A stretch of DNA of 58,168 nucleotides from a virus. Its lineage: Duplodnaviria; Caudoviricetes. A model generated the notes under the pieces. It searched no databases. It was not told where the DNA came from and saw only the letters and a list, made by a program, of their open reading frames with translations. Made by a program: the position numbers and the translations under genes. Positions 43,273 to 53,953 of the stretch are shown here, piece after piece (the stretch's first letter is position 1; each line of letters starts with the position of its first letter). The stretch lies in IMG/VR virus record IMGVR_UViG_3300037117_000093, positions 1-58,168 of that record, one strand, 5' to 3'.

Positions 43273-45627
43273 TTATAGCGTTCCGAGATGGATATTATAG
43301 AGGAACGGACTGCAAGCGGCCGACCCTCCCGAATTCAAGTTCAATCCAGGCAAAACCGGCGATCCCAGCGCGCCCCAATTTTCGGGATTGCCCGCCAATA
43401 ACCCAGCGAGGACGGCATTGTTCGATGGTCCTACCCCGGCGCCTGTCGGCGAATAGGTGTACGTGACGATGTTCGGATCGCTGAGCGATTGCACCCCGGC
43501 ATTGTAATTATTGAAGCTCGTCATCTTCAAGTATACCGTCTCGCCGACGAGCTGCGGCGGAAGGGTGATATTCGCCACGGAGCTGTCAACCCGCAGGAAC
43601 TGCGCCCCAGAAAGATGCGCGAGGCCCTGCGTGCCATAGAGGCCACGGTAAAGCCCCGTGAGGTTGTAGGCGTTCGGCCCGGTCAGCGTCGCCGTGGTGA
43701 AGGAAAGCAGCTCGATGCATCCGCTGGCGTCGATGATCGCGCAGAGGGTCGCACCGCCGGCCGCGATGGTCGCTGTCGTCGAAGAGAGTTGGCCGCCGCT
43801 TTCGAGCAACGTGACGGACAGGGTGTTGGTGCCGTCTGGATTGGCGCCCGTGTAGGCCGCCAGGTTAGCGGTCAGCGTGCCTTGCCGCGACGGGCCATTG
43901 ATGGTGCCGATTTGGGTATAGACCCCGTTCGACGCCGCCGAGGCGTAGATCTCGCAGCCGCCCCAATTTGGATCGGCAACGCCGCTGATCGCGCTCGATG
44001 CGCCAATGACGATCGTCGGCGACGCTGTGCCTGCCGCGGCGAGCATCTGGGCTGTCGGCTCGAAAATCGCCGGCACGTTGATGGAATGCGCCGGCACATT
44101 GGTTTGGAATGTCGTTGTCGCGGTCGTTACCGGCGCGGGGAAAATAGTCGGCGCCCCGGCGCCCGCCGGGAATTCCTCCGCGACAATGGTGAGCGCGCTC
44201 TCTTCGTCTTCGTCGATCGACACGATGCGGAAGGTCATGTTGACCAGCGGCCCGCTCGTCACCTCGATTACGTCCATCGGATCGAAGAACGCAAAGGCCG
44301 GGGGCAGGCGAAATGTGACCTTGCGGCGGATGGACATATTGCGCCGGAGTTGGACCGTCGCTGACGCCTGCGCATATCCACCATGACTAAACTCATGCGC
44401 GACCTGCGCGTTGTCAATGCGCGGGCCGTAAAGCTCAATCGCGACCTCGTCTGAGTCCTGCTCGATGTTGTCGTTGAATTGGTTTGACTGATCGCGAAAA
44501 CTCACCCGAACGTAGTTATACACGTCGGATGGATCGCTGCGCTCAAGCGTGACCGGCTCTTCCTCGGGGTTTTTCGACTGGAGGAAATGGTCATCGGTGA
44601 AGGCGATAATCGGATCGACGATCGGAACAAAATACTTTTGCAGGACGCCGGTCGGATTGGGCCATGTATAGCCAGGATTAGATGCGTTCGGTTCATCCCA
44701 ATAGGGAATGAATTTGAGCGTCGCGCCGGTCCAAACAACCGCAACGGCCATGTTCTTTGTCCAGCGGTCGATGATCGAGGATGCCGACTCCGCGCTGTTA
44801 ATGTATTCCGACCAGCCGAACCCGATGGCTTGGCAATAGGTCTGAAGAGTGCCGTCGCCAACAGCCGGAATGGACGATGATGTGGTCGAAAAGATGCTCG
44901 GGTCGATCAGGTCAGCCGGAAAGCCGGCACCGTAGCGCGGGTTTGTCAGGAAGTCATTGATGCAAAGCGCCGGGTCAGCGTCCACGAGGCCAGCTGCATA
45001 GCTGACAAAGAACTGCCCGTCGTTGTTCTGGTAGCTGCCGGTGTAGGTCGATGGGAAGAGCGGACAGGTGCCGGCAAACGCTCCCAACGGAACGAAGTTG
45101 ATCTGCGGCGGCGTCGCGGTCGAGTCGAGTTGCATGTTCGGCAACCCGACATAGCAGGTGTCTTTGTACCCGCGCGCGTCGGCCGGCCATAGACCCTCAA
45201 CATAAGTCCATGGTTCCTGATCCGGGCCGCCGGGGAAGAATGTCGCATTTACCGGGATATCGTTGGGCTGCCCGGACTTGCCAACCTGGCTGTTCGGGTC
45301 CACCTCGGAGAGCGCGAGGTTGAACGAGATGTTGCTGTCGTAGTACATCGCGATGATGTTGCCGATCGGCCCTTCGCATATCGCGATCACCAGCGTCGCG
45401 TAGTAGAGAGACTGCTGTGAGGTATTTTTGCCGCCGGTGAGAAGGCCCTTGCCGCCCTTTCCGCCACTGGTGTTTACTTGGACACGGTTAAACCCGTTCG
45501 CATAAACGATATTTCCGGGAACACGCGGCGCGCCGTAGACTATGGCAATGGGAAGCGCTTGAACCGCGGACTGGATCTGCGTTCCGTAATAATTTATGAC
45601 TCCATACTTTTGCTGCGAGAAACCCAT
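43273..45627 (-). CDS. Tail tip/host-specificity protein (Phage-tail_3, GTA-like)
   Basis: PIAIVYG; ICEGPI; LTNPRYGAG; LYRGLYGT. Confidence 0.85.
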   Translation of the reverse strand: MGFSQQKYGVINYYGTQIQSAVQALPIAIVYGAPRVPGNIVYANGFNRVQVNTSGGKGGKGLLTGGKNTSQQSLYYATLVIAICEGPIGNIIAMYYDSNISFNLALSEVDPNSQVGKSGQPNDIPVNATFFPGGPDQEPWTYVEGLWPADARGYKDTCYVGLPNMQLDSTATPPQINFVPLGAFAGTCPLFPSTYTGSYQNNDGQFFVSYAAGLVDADPALCINDFLTNPRYGAGFPADLIDPSIFSTTSSSIPAVGDGTLQTYCQAIGFGWSEYINSAESASSIIDRWTKNMAVAVVWTGATLKFIPYWDEPNASNPGYTWPNPTGVLQKYFVPIVDPIIAFTDDHFLQSKNPEEEPVTLERSDPSDVYNYVRVSFRDQSNQFNDNIEQDSDEVAIELYGPRIDNAQVAHEFSHGGYAQASATVQLRRNMSIRRKVTFRLPPAFAFFDPMDVIEVTSGPLVNMTFRIVSIDEDEESALTIVAEEFPAGAGAPTIFPAPVTTATTTFQTNVPAHSINVPAIFEPTAQMLAAAGTASPTIVIGASSAISGVADPNWGGCEIYASAASNGVYTQIGTINGPSRQGTLTANLAAYTGANPDGTNTLSVTLLESGGQLSSTTATIAAGGATLCAIIDASGCIELLSFTTATLTGPNAYNLTGLYRGLYGTQGLAHLSGAQFLRVDSSVANITLPPQLVGETVYLKMTSFNNYNAGVQSLSDPNIVTYTYSPTGAGVGPSNNAVLAGLLAGNPENWGALGSPVLPGLNLNSGGSAACSPFLYNIHLGTL

Positions 45628-45633
45628 CTGGAG

Positions 45634-46077
45634 CTATCCCCACAAGCTGAAATACTTGCGCGGTAGCTTTGCCATCGCCCGCGGCCCGAGCGTGCAGCGC
45701 TCAACGTTCTCGATCCTTACGCCTTCCGGCGAAAGCGAATGCACCACGCGCGGCCAGTCGATCACGATCGCGCCGTGCGAGTAGACGCGGCCGAACCGGA
45801 ACATGACGACATCGGCCGGCTTCGGTGGCCCATCGATCTCATGCGCATGCGCCAGGACGTAGTTAAGATAGACCTCGGCGTTCGAGTGCAAATGGTGCTG
45901 AGGATTGTAGTATTCGACCTCACGATCTGGAATGGCTCCCACCTTGGAATAGACCGCTAGCAGCAGAAGGCCACAGTCAACCCCGGCACCTTTGCAGCGC
46001 TGACCATCAACATAAGGCGTCCGCAGCCATTGTAGACTTTCTGCAACGATCGCGGCGCGCATTTCTTCTTCGTTCAT
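45634..46077 (-). CDS. NlpC/P60 tail peptidase
   Basis: WLRTPY..KGAGVDC; SHGAI; VVH. Confidence 0.9.
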   Translation of the reverse strand: MNEEEMRAAIVAESLQWLRTPYVDGQRCKGAGVDCGLLLLAVYSKVGAIPDREVEYYNPQHHLHSNAEVYLNYVLAHAHEIDGPPKPADVVMFRFGRVYSHGAIVIDWPRVVHSLSPEGVRIENVERCTLGPRAMAKLPRKYFSLWG

Positions 46078-47009
46078 AATGAAACCATCACCGGCGGAAC
46101 CACGTCAAAGCCGCGAAAATTCGCCGTGTTCCCGAATTTGGTTCCGCATGTGTTGAATGATTTTTGACACCCCGGATAGATCGTGAAGGTGTCGCCTGGG
46201 CTACACGCGGCGTTGAGCGGATAGGCGAGGTAGACGTTGTTCGCATCGTTGGTGTCCAGGGTTGCCATCAGCCCGTCATTGACGCCGCTGGAGAAGATGA
46301 TGCGCCCGCGCTGGTAGTTGGGCAATCCGTCGCCTCCCGTGCGCGTGGCGACGCCGCCTGCGACCGGGATCACCTTCTGCGTCGGCGACGCGCCAACGGT
46401 CCCAGTGACCGCATAGGACGAGGCCAGGAGCGTGCAACCAACGCCCGCGACGTGCGTCGTCACGCTGTCGTCAAACAGCGACCACAGGCAGCTCGGCTGA
46501 TAAAAGTTCCGCGGCATGTCGATGTTGAGCTTGACGAGCGGCGACTTCACCTTGAACTGCACGCTGGCTCGGCCGAGCTTTTCGATCTTGCTCATGTAGC
46601 CGAGGAACATCGGCCACGCCGCGATCGGCGGCGCCAGGATGTCAGCCGCGACGTTGCCTGTCGTCGGCACCCAGACGATGCGGGTGCGCTGGATCGTGCC
46701 GCCGTCCATCAACCCCTCTGCCATCCCGGTGAGGAACGCCGCACCGAACAGCGTATCGGTCGGCGATGCCCAGATGGTGCAATCCTGCTCGTCGACCGAG
46801 ATGCCGACGGCGATCTTCATACGGAGCCCATCGATGCGCAGGCCCCCGGATTTGTAGTCGTTCCCGGCATAGGCGATATCGGTGTCGAAGTCGGTGAAAT
46901 AGTCGGTGAGGCCGGTCGCGGACGTGAATTTGTAAACGTGAGCGATGATCCATTGGCGCTGCCCCGCGACCAGCGCCAGGATGTACATCGAGTTCGTCGG
47001 GAGCTTCAT
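46074..47009 (-). CDS. DUF2163/BR0599 tail hub protein (gpL-like)
   Basis: FTDFD.D; CLWSLFD..C; PGCQKSFNTC..KF.N..NFRGF. Confidence 0.88.
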   Translation of the reverse strand: MKLPTNSMYILALVAGQRQWIIAHVYKFTSATGLTDYFTDFDTDIAYAGNDYKSGGLRIDGLRMKIAVGISVDEQDCTIWASPTDTLFGAAFLTGMAEGLMDGGTIQRTRIVWVPTTGNVAADILAPPIAAWPMFLGYMSKIEKLGRASVQFKVKSPLVKLNIDMPRNFYQPSCLWSLFDDSVTTHVAGVGCTLLASSYAVTGTVGASPTQKVIPVAGGVATRTGGDGLPNYQRGRIIFSSGVNDGLMATLDTNDANNVYLAYPLNAACSPGDTFTIYPGCQKSFNTCGTKFGNTANFRGFDVVPPVMVSL

Positions 47010-47266
47010 GGCTTGTGCGGCGCGTTGAAGCCGGGAATATACAGCGAGCGCTGGCCGAAGCACCAGGGCGACGGCTCGCACTTGGCCGGCGCATCGCGCG
47101 GCACGCCGGCCAGCCAGCCGCGGGTGATCGCCGCTCGCGCCGCCTCGCACGTCGGCAGGGATTTGGCGCAGTCGCGCTCGCCGGGAAGCACGAGGGCGTA
47201 GTCTCCGCTGCCGGCTGCTGAGGCCAGTAGCACGAAGGCGACGGCGAGGATGGCGCTGCGGGTCAT
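47006..47266 (-). CDS. Secreted Cys-rich small protein, paralog of 24395..24643
   Basis: ATGA-coupled both sides; shared motif. Confidence 0.75.
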   Translation of the reverse strand: MTRSAILAVAFVLLASAAGSGDYALVLPGERDCAKSLPTCEAARAAITRGWLAGVPRDAPAKCEPSPWCFGQRSLYIPGFNAPHKP

Positions 47267-47949
47267 GGCTTGCAACTCTGGAACTTACATGACTTCAACT
47301 GCCATAAATTATAGAGGAATTGTTCATAATTCTGCGAGTCGTCCGTGAACCGGCATCGGTAGTAGAAGCTGAAATCCATCGCGATCGCAACACCGGCGCT
47401 CGGCGCAGTCGTGAAATTGACATGGCTCCCCGAGAGGTCGTTGGTCACGGTCCAGAGCGATGACGAGAGCGGGGTGCCGTTCAGGTAGACCGTGATCATC
47501 TGCCCGAGGTTGACGCCGCCGACCGGCTCGACCCGAGCGAGAGGCCCGCTGCCCCAGGTGCGGTAGATGCGGAAGACGGTCGTGACGCCGTCGCCGGTGG
47601 CGACGGCCTGGCTCATGCGGCTGTCGTCTTCGAGGTCGTCGAAATAGAATTCCCCGTAGGCGCCGTAGCACGTCAGGAAAAGCTGCGAGATCGCTTCAAG
47701 CTCGACGTGGGGCGCGTTCGGCGCGTAGGGAGAGATGTTCTGCGTCTGCTCGCGCAGCCACGACTCTTCGCCGAATTGAAGCTCGAATTGCCAGTTGGGA
47801 TAAACCTGGCGCGCGCTCTGGTACATGCGGCCGGTGACGGACTTGTGTTCGGTCGCCGCGAACAGGGGAATTTTCTTGACCGGGAAACCCTGCGGGATCA
47901 GCGCCGGGAAGACGGGTGCAGGCGCAGGAGGCCAATTCACGAATGACAA
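47263..47949 (-). CDS. DUF2460 distal tail protein, copy 1
   Basis: TGDGVTTVF; FTTAP.AGV; FSFYYRCRF..D. Confidence 0.8.
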   Translation of the reverse strand: MSFVNWPPAPAPVFPALIPQGFPVKKIPLFAATEHKSVTGRMYQSARQVYPNWQFELQFGEESWLREQTQNISPYAPNAPHVELEAISQLFLTCYGAYGEFYFDDLEDDSRMSQAVATGDGVTTVFRIYRTWGSGPLARVEPVGGVNLGQMITVYLNGTPLSSSLWTVTNDLSGSHVNFTTAPSAGVAIAMDFSFYYRCRFTDDSQNYEQFLYNLWQLKSCKFQSCKP

Positions 47950-47964
47950 AATGAATGCTCCATC

Positions 47965-48867
47965 TTAGCCGCTAGGCGGCCAGCCGCTCGCGAACGAAAG
48001 CGGAGGCGAAGTTTGTTCGGACAAAACGCTGCGGAACTTGATTTTGACCGTCCAGCGGTCCTTGTAGAACTCGCTGTAATCGTGCTGGTCTTCGGCGAAT
48101 TGACATAGGTAATAGAAGCTGAACGTCGCCGTGATCGCCGCGCCGGACGCCGGAGCCAAGGTGAAGATTAGGGTGTTGCTACCAGAAACCGAATACGTAG
48201 ATGGTGATTGCGTAACACCAGCAACCTGGACGCTCGTCATGACATTGACCCAGCCGACCGGCTCGGTGAATTGCAGTCCGCCATATCCCCATGTGCGAAC
48301 AATCGTGAATGAAGTTGTCCCACCGTCGCCGGTGCCGATGGGCTGATCTGCGCGAGAATCATCCCACCACGCATCGAAAAGGAATTGCCCGAACTGCCCG
48401 ATGCTCGCGATGAAAAGCTGCGACAGCTTCATGAAGTCGGTGAAGCCGGCGAGGGAGCCAAGCGTTGCGTTCTGCGTCTGGTCGCGCAGTGTCTCGAAAT
48501 TGATCTCGAATTGCCAGATCGGAAGCTGTTGCTGCGGCGCGCGCATGTCGCGGCCGGACGAGATGCGGCCCTTCACGCTCGCCATGCTCGGCGTCACAAT
48601 GACAGGTAAGCCCCACGGCAGAGTTGGGAAGACCGGCGGAGGATCGATTAAATAATACTGAACCAGAAGCTCTTCAAGAACGACCTGTGACGCTCGTGCG
48701 TTGGAGTCCTTAACCAATATCTCAAGCACGGCCTGTGATGCCCGCGCGTTTGATACCGTTACCGCTGAGGATAGTTCTTCTAAAACAACCTGCGAGGATC
48801 GAGCGTTGGAACTAGCTGTAGCGAGTTCTTCGATAGCAACCTGAGAGGCGCGTGCGTTGGAAATCAT
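47965..48867 (-). CDS. DUF2460 distal tail protein, copy 2, with 4 N-terminal repeats
   Basis: SNARxSQxxxExL x4; GTGDGGTTSF; FSFYYLCQF..D. Confidence 0.8.
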   Translation of the reverse strand: MISNARASQVAIEELATASSNARSSQVVLEELSSAVTVSNARASQAVLEILVKDSNARASQVVLEELLVQYYLIDPPPVFPTLPWGLPVIVTPSMASVKGRISSGRDMRAPQQQLPIWQFEINFETLRDQTQNATLGSLAGFTDFMKLSQLFIASIGQFGQFLFDAWWDDSRADQPIGTGDGGTTSFTIVRTWGYGGLQFTEPVGWVNVMTSVQVAGVTQSPSTYSVSGSNTLIFTLAPASGAAITATFSFYYLCQFAEDQHDYSEFYKDRWTVKIKFRSVLSEQTSPPLSFASGWPPSG

Positions 48868-48870
48868 TTC

Positions 48871-49899
48871 TTAGGCCGTTGTCGCGTAGCCGATTTTCAT
48901 TGCATTGACGTTCGCAGCAGTCAGAGCGATGCCACCGTTTGGATCAACTATGTAAACGTCGTGCTGGTAGGTGTAAATGCCATTGAGAACATTGCTTGTA
49001 CCAGCTAATTCAGTCGCATTGGATAGGATTTGGCTTGCCATAGCACGAGTGCCGGCGCTGTCCTGCCGATAGGCTCCGGTCACTTGCAATGCGATGGGAA
49101 CTAGTCCAGTTGGCATCGTCGTTATTGTGAATAAATCCTTGTGGCCCACGGTGGCGTCATAATTGTATGTCGTATCTGAGTCCATCGCGGTTTCCTGGAC
49201 CTGCGAAACGTTTGTGCTCGCTGCTGGAGTGTATTGGGGCGAACCGGAGGCCGCGACCGGGAACGCAGTGAACACTCGCGTAGGGCCAACGAAGGTATTA
49301 AAGGAGCTAGTCGTCGTGTCGCAGATGTAGAAATCGTCGATTGCCGAGGCATTATTATTTCCGACTGCCGCATATGGCTGCACGGTGTCGAATGTAGAAT
49401 TCGTCCCCGCCTGAGTGTTTAGTCCAGTGAGATTAAGAACCGACACGCCATTGATCATTATATTGACCACGCCAACCGTCGCCGATATTTTTATATCGGC
49501 TTCAAAATAAAACCACGCGGCTGATGTGAAGGCATTATTTCCAGTTGCGCCAAGCAGCGTTGATGTACCTCTATAAACCGAAATGACGCCATTGTTGTTA
49601 TCAAAATTGATCGTCACCTGCGGAGTTGATGCTGACTGTAATGCGCTATCCCACACTACGAGTTGATGCGGGATGGTGGCTGGCAAATAAAGCGCGTAGC
49701 CGATAAAGGCTTCTGCCAGCGACGCAGTTAACACCCCGGTGAGAGTACCATAAGATCCTAAATTAATTGCTCTTCCGCCGTAACGTCCGGCAACAAAAGC
49801 TACTGCAGATTGCGCTCGCCACTCGAACGGCCCGAAATTGGCGATAAGGTCGGTGGTATTGTTCTGATGATCGAAGCCGTCGATGTAAAGGAGGGCCAT
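48871..49899 (-). CDS. Tail-associated beta-sandwich (lectin-like) protein
   Basis: LLYIDGFD; WFYFE; IDDFYICD; AT-richer than flanks. Confidence 0.7.
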   Translation of the reverse strand: MALLYIDGFDHQNNTTDLIANFGPFEWRAQSAVAFVAGRYGGRAINLGSYGTLTGVLTASLAEAFIGYALYLPATIPHQLVVWDSALQSASTPQVTINFDNNNGVISVYRGTSTLLGATGNNAFTSAAWFYFEADIKISATVGVVNIMINGVSVLNLTGLNTQAGTNSTFDTVQPYAAVGNNNASAIDDFYICDTTTSSFNTFVGPTRVFTAFPVAASGSPQYTPAASTNVSQVQETAMDSDTTYNYDATVGHKDLFTITTMPTGLVPIALQVTGAYRQDSAGTRAMASQILSNATELAGTSNVLNGIYTYQHDVYIVDPNGGIALTAANVNAMKIGYATTA

Positions 49900-49903
49900 C
49901 TGA

Positions 49904-52900
49904 TTATCCCCTAAAACCGTTCCTCATCGCGTTGCGAGCGTACCCCTCAAAGGCGCTCCCATGCGAGCGCAAAGTCCCCTCGACCTCGCCGCGCGACATG
50001 CCTCCGAACCGGCCGCTCATCTGCGGGGAATAGTTGAAGGTGTGGTTGCCGCCGCTGTTGTTGGTCGTATTGCCCGTCCCGGCGAGGTTGTCATTGCTCG
50101 GGCGCATGCTCCCCGGCGACAGGCCGGCATGCGCAGCGCCTTGCACGGCTGCCGATATGTGCGCGGGCAGCACCATCTCGTTCGGGTGCAGGATCGCCAT
50201 CTGGCCGCCGCCGGAGATCATGCCGCCCGCGGCTGATGGGATGATGCCGCCCTGGGCACCGAACAGTGCACCGATCAACGGGATTTTGCTCAACAAACTT
50301 GCGCCGCCCGCAGTCGCCTGAGCCGAACTGTTTGCCGTCGTGGCGACCGTGTTCGCCGTTGTCGCGACGGTGTTCCCCACGTTCGCGAGTTGCATCGTGG
50401 TCGTGGCCGTGCCGGCAAGCTGGGTCGCGCTCGTCACGGTCTTCGTCGTCGTTTCCGCCAGGCCAAAGGCGGAACTTAGATTTTTGCCAAAGCTGGATAG
50501 CTGCGAGATGACCCCGACGGCGCCGAGGATTTCGCGCGTCGCCGGTGAGAGCCGGCTGCCGAACAGCGCGGCGGCCGATGACGCGATCCCGAGGCCCTGG
50601 GTGAAAAGCTGCAATCCCGACGACGCATTCCCGGAGCCGCCGCTCCCGCTGCCGGACGATCCGCCGGTGCCTTTTTGCGCCGCCGTCGTGGTCGCCTGCG
50701 TGCTTTTATCGACGGATGTCTTGAGCGCGTCGGTCGCGGTCTTGTCCTGCCCGACCGAGCCGTTGAGTTGCTGCGCCTGCGTCGTGCCGGCCTGGGTGAC
50801 GCCGATGCCCTGCTGAGCAACCGTCGCGCTCGCCTGCGCCTGCTGGGTGAGGTTGCGCAGCCCGGTGACAAGCTGCGGGTCTTGCGTCGCGGCGCCGGTG
50901 CCCGCGCCCTGGCTGCCAGCCGCCGCCATCAACGGCTTGTCGCTCGACCAATCCCGCAGGCCGTGCTGCTGATAGTCCGCCTGGAAAACCCGGTCCTGCG
51001 ATGATTTGCTGAAATCGGTGACGCCGAGTGGCTTCGCGTATTGATCCCATGTCTTCGGCTCGAACTGGTAGGCTCCGGCAGCATGGCTGCGGCCGGCTGG
51101 TCCCATATTGCCGCCCCATTGCGGAAAGCCTGTCGCACTCAGCGGCGCGTTCGATAGGTCGGTTTGGCCGTACCCGACATTGTAGTTGCCGTGGCTCTCG
51201 TATTTCCGCACGAGCGCTGCTGTCTGGTCAGTGTCGCCGATGCCGACCGCGCCCGGCTGCGTCAGCGCGCCGCCAGGAACCATCGTGCCGGGGGCGCCAG
51301 TTCCAGCCCCTGTGCCAGTCCCGCGCGCCTCGCGCTGCCCCTTCTTCGTGTTGGCCGCAATCTCTTTCAGGATGCCAGTCTGGACATCGAGGGCCTTTTT
51401 CTCGTCCCCGAGAGCGCTAACGACGCGCTCCTGCGCGGTCTTTGGCGGCTCCTTGTACATACCGAGCGCTTTTTCGAGCGACAGCCCGAGCGCTGACCCG
51501 AGGCCGCCGCCCTCCGGCAGCTTGACGCCGGCCATGTCCGCGAGCTTGCCGCCGAGGAATTTTGATCCCTCGCCCATGACGCCCTTGACCGCATCGCCGA
51601 TCAGCCCGGTCACAAGCTGCTTCTCGGCCGCCCGGAAAGTCGTCGTCCGGGTCATGCTTTCGGTGATGAACTTCTCGAGAGCATCGCCGGTCGTGTCGAA
51701 AAAGCTCGTGAAGGTCTGCGCTCGCGCCTTGTTCTCAGCGTCGATCTTCGATGTGATCTTTTCCTGGTACTGCGCCTGCGTCTCGGCGTCCTTAGCGTAA
51801 AGCTCGGCCAGTTGCTCGTTGAGCTTCTGGCGTTGCCCCAAGGTCAGGTCATCGGCCTGGAGCGCGGCGATGGTGCGCTGCTCCTCCTGCGCCATGACCT
51901 GCGATGTCAGGGTCGCCTCGGCCGCGAGTTCCTGATCCTTGGCCGCGCTATTCGCCGCGACGCCGGTTTGAAGCTGGGCGCGCTTCATCGCCAAGCCCAT
52001 GTTGGCGATGCGGTTCTGCGCGGTCAGGTTCTCTTCGGCGGAGCGGAATTGCTCGGCCTGAGCGCTCTTGATCGCGGTCTGAAGCTGTTTCTGCTGCTCG
52101 ATTTCCTGAAGTTGCAATCCAGCCCGGGCCGGCGCTTGTTGAACCGTCGGCAGCTTTCCAGCCTCTGCACTCCGCGCCTGAAAAGATGTTTCGATATCGC
52201 CCTTCGTAAGCGTTCCCATCGCCTGCTTCGCCCGCAGCTTGGCTTCCTCGTTGCGGATGAAGGTCTCGTAATCTGCCCGCGCTTGTTGCGTCGCCGATCG
52301 CTGCGAAGCGCTGGCTTCCATGTTCTTGAGTTCGAGTTGCTTGCCGACTAACTCCGCGCGCAACTGCGTGATCTGCTGGACGGTCAACTTTTCGATGCCG
52401 ACCCGCTGATCGCCGGCCCGCTGCGCTGCATCGACCTCTTTTTGCAGCACGCCAATCTCAGCGCTAAGCTCGTTCTTCCGCAGCGTGGCGATGTCCGCAG
52501 CGCCCTTGGCCGCCGCCTGATAACCTGCCTGTTCGACGCGCTCGCGAATGCCTTGCATCGCAGCAGGATCGGCTGCGCGCGCGCCGCGCTTGGCGATTTG
52601 CTGATCTTCGAGCGCGAGGTGCTCTTTCAATATATCGAGGGCTTTTTGGGCACCCGCAGCGTCGCCGGTCTGATTGTCAGATATTGCCTTTTGCAGACGT
52701 GCAATCTCCGCGGCGGTTTTTGCTCTTTCGGCATCAATGCCGCGCAAAGCCGTGGTATCGGCAATCAGTTTCGAGGTGTCGGCCTCTTCCTGCGTCGGAA
52801 GATTAAGCGGAGCCGGCAATGAACGAGTCAGAGCTGCGCCAGTCGGAATCGACGCGAGCGCACCTAGAGGATCGTCCCCCCGTTTAAGCTCCTCAATGAA

Positions 52901-53908
52901 TTTTTTCTGGTCGGCAGCAATTTTCTGCTGCGCTGCTCCGTATCGTTGGGAAATTCCCTGCGCAGCGAGGTCAGACGCCTTTCCCCAATCATGCGTCGCG
53001 ATGGCGGTTTCAAATGCCGTATAGGCTTCCCCAGCGAGAAGATGACCTTTCTCGACAACCGACTGCAAAGCGCTCGGCGATGAAAATATCCGAGCAAAGC
53101 CTTTTGCCGCCTTCCCTTCATCACCGCCGAATTGCAGTTTGGCCCACGCCTCGGCGACGCTGGCAAGAGATTGCCTGGCACTATCCGATAGATGCGGAAT
53201 GTTTTCGAGCGCGACCGCTAAGCCCCGCGCCTCAGTACGGCCAGCCCAGCCGCTCTCATATATCGTGTCGCGCAGTTTGGCATAGCCTGCTTCGGCCTCG
53301 GCCGGAGCGCGCCCCATGACGATTGCCGCGGCGTGCACGTCGGCTAATGCCTGTTGAGCTTGATGCGCGTCGCTGATGATTTCGTAAAGCGCAACAGCTA
53401 TCGCACCGAGGCCAACTGCCGCCGCAATTCCTGCGGCAATACCTGTCGGTCCCAATGCCCCGATAGCCGCCCCAGCGAGACCAGAATCCCGCATCATGGC
53501 GATGAATGATGACGCCATCGCCCCCCGCGCGTGACGGAAGCTTTCGTCAACAAGCGCGACAGCATGTCTCGCGGTTTGCCCGTAATTCAGCGCGGCGGCC
53601 CCGGCTTTCTGGAAGGCTGGCGCCATATCGGCCGCCGCGGCATGAGCCGTTCGCAGACTGCGCGCGGCTTCCGTCGAATCCGCACCGAGAGCGGCGAACG
53701 CGCTCTTGAAAACCGCAGCGCTGCCGGCGGCTGATTTGAACGTATTGTCCAAGCCGCGGGTGTCGGCAGCGAGGCCGCTGACGCCGCCTTGCGCGGCTTG
53801 AGCCGACGCCCGAATGCGTTGCAGCGAGGCATCGACTTGGCTGACAGCCGCTCCGCTGCCGCTTTCCCTCGTTACGATACCGACCCGTACCGTGCCATCA
53901 TCGGACAT
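49904..53908 (-). CDS. Tape measure protein with internal lysozyme-like domain
   Basis: Long Ala-rich helical ORF after chaperones; YES.GNYN..AAGAYQF..TW..DFS..SQD. Confidence 0.9.
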   Translation of the reverse strand: MSDDGTVRVGIVTRESGSGAAVSQVDASLQRIRASAQAAQGGVSGLAADTRGLDNTFKSAAGSAAVFKSAFAALGADSTEAARSLRTAHAAAADMAPAFQKAGAAALNYGQTARHAVALVDESFRHARGAMASSFIAMMRDSGLAGAAIGALGPTGIAAGIAAAVGLGAIAVALYEIISDAHQAQQALADVHAAAIVMGRAPAEAEAGYAKLRDTIYESGWAGRTEARGLAVALENIPHLSDSARQSLASVAEAWAKLQFGGDEGKAAKGFARIFSSPSALQSVVEKGHLLAGEAYTAFETAIATHDWGKASDLAAQGISQRYGAAQQKIAADQKKFIEELKRGDDPLGALASIPTGAALTRSLPAPLNLPTQEEADTSKLIADTTALRGIDAERAKTAAEIARLQKAISDNQTGDAAGAQKALDILKEHLALEDQQIAKRGARAADPAAMQGIRERVEQAGYQAAAKGAADIATLRKNELSAEIGVLQKEVDAAQRAGDQRVGIEKLTVQQITQLRAELVGKQLELKNMEASASQRSATQQARADYETFIRNEEAKLRAKQAMGTLTKGDIETSFQARSAEAGKLPTVQQAPARAGLQLQEIEQQKQLQTAIKSAQAEQFRSAEENLTAQNRIANMGLAMKRAQLQTGVAANSAAKDQELAAEATLTSQVMAQEEQRTIAALQADDLTLGQRQKLNEQLAELYAKDAETQAQYQEKITSKIDAENKARAQTFTSFFDTTGDALEKFITESMTRTTTFRAAEKQLVTGLIGDAVKGVMGEGSKFLGGKLADMAGVKLPEGGGLGSALGLSLEKALGMYKEPPKTAQERVVSALGDEKKALDVQTGILKEIAANTKKGQREARGTGTGAGTGAPGTMVPGGALTQPGAVGIGDTDQTAALVRKYESHGNYNVGYGQTDLSNAPLSATGFPQWGGNMGPAGRSHAAGAYQFEPKTWDQYAKPLGVTDFSKSSQDRVFQADYQQHGLRDWSSDKPLMAAAGSQGAGTGAATQDPQLVTGLRNLTQQAQASATVAQQGIGVTQAGTTQAQQLNGSVGQDKTATDALKTSVDKSTQATTTAAQKGTGGSSGSGSGGSGNASSGLQLFTQGLGIASSAAALFGSRLSPATREILGAVGVISQLSSFGKNLSSAFGLAETTTKTVTSATQLAGTATTTMQLANVGNTVATTANTVATTANSSAQATAGGASLLSKIPLIGALFGAQGGIIPSAAGGMISGGGQMAILHPNEMVLPAHISAAVQGAAHAGLSPGSMRPSNDNLAGTGNTTNNSGGNHTFNYSPQMSGRFGGMSRGEVEGTLRSHGSAFEGYARNAMRNGFRG

Positions 53909-53920
53909 GGCGCCCTCCAC

Positions 53921-53949
53921 AAATGAAAAGAGCGCCCCGAAGGGCGCTC
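53921..53949 (-). terminator. Intrinsic terminator-like hairpin before tape measure gene
   Basis: GAGCGCCC-TTCG-GGGCGCTC followed by TTTTCATTT. Confidence 0.7.
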
Positions 53950-53953
53950 GCCG

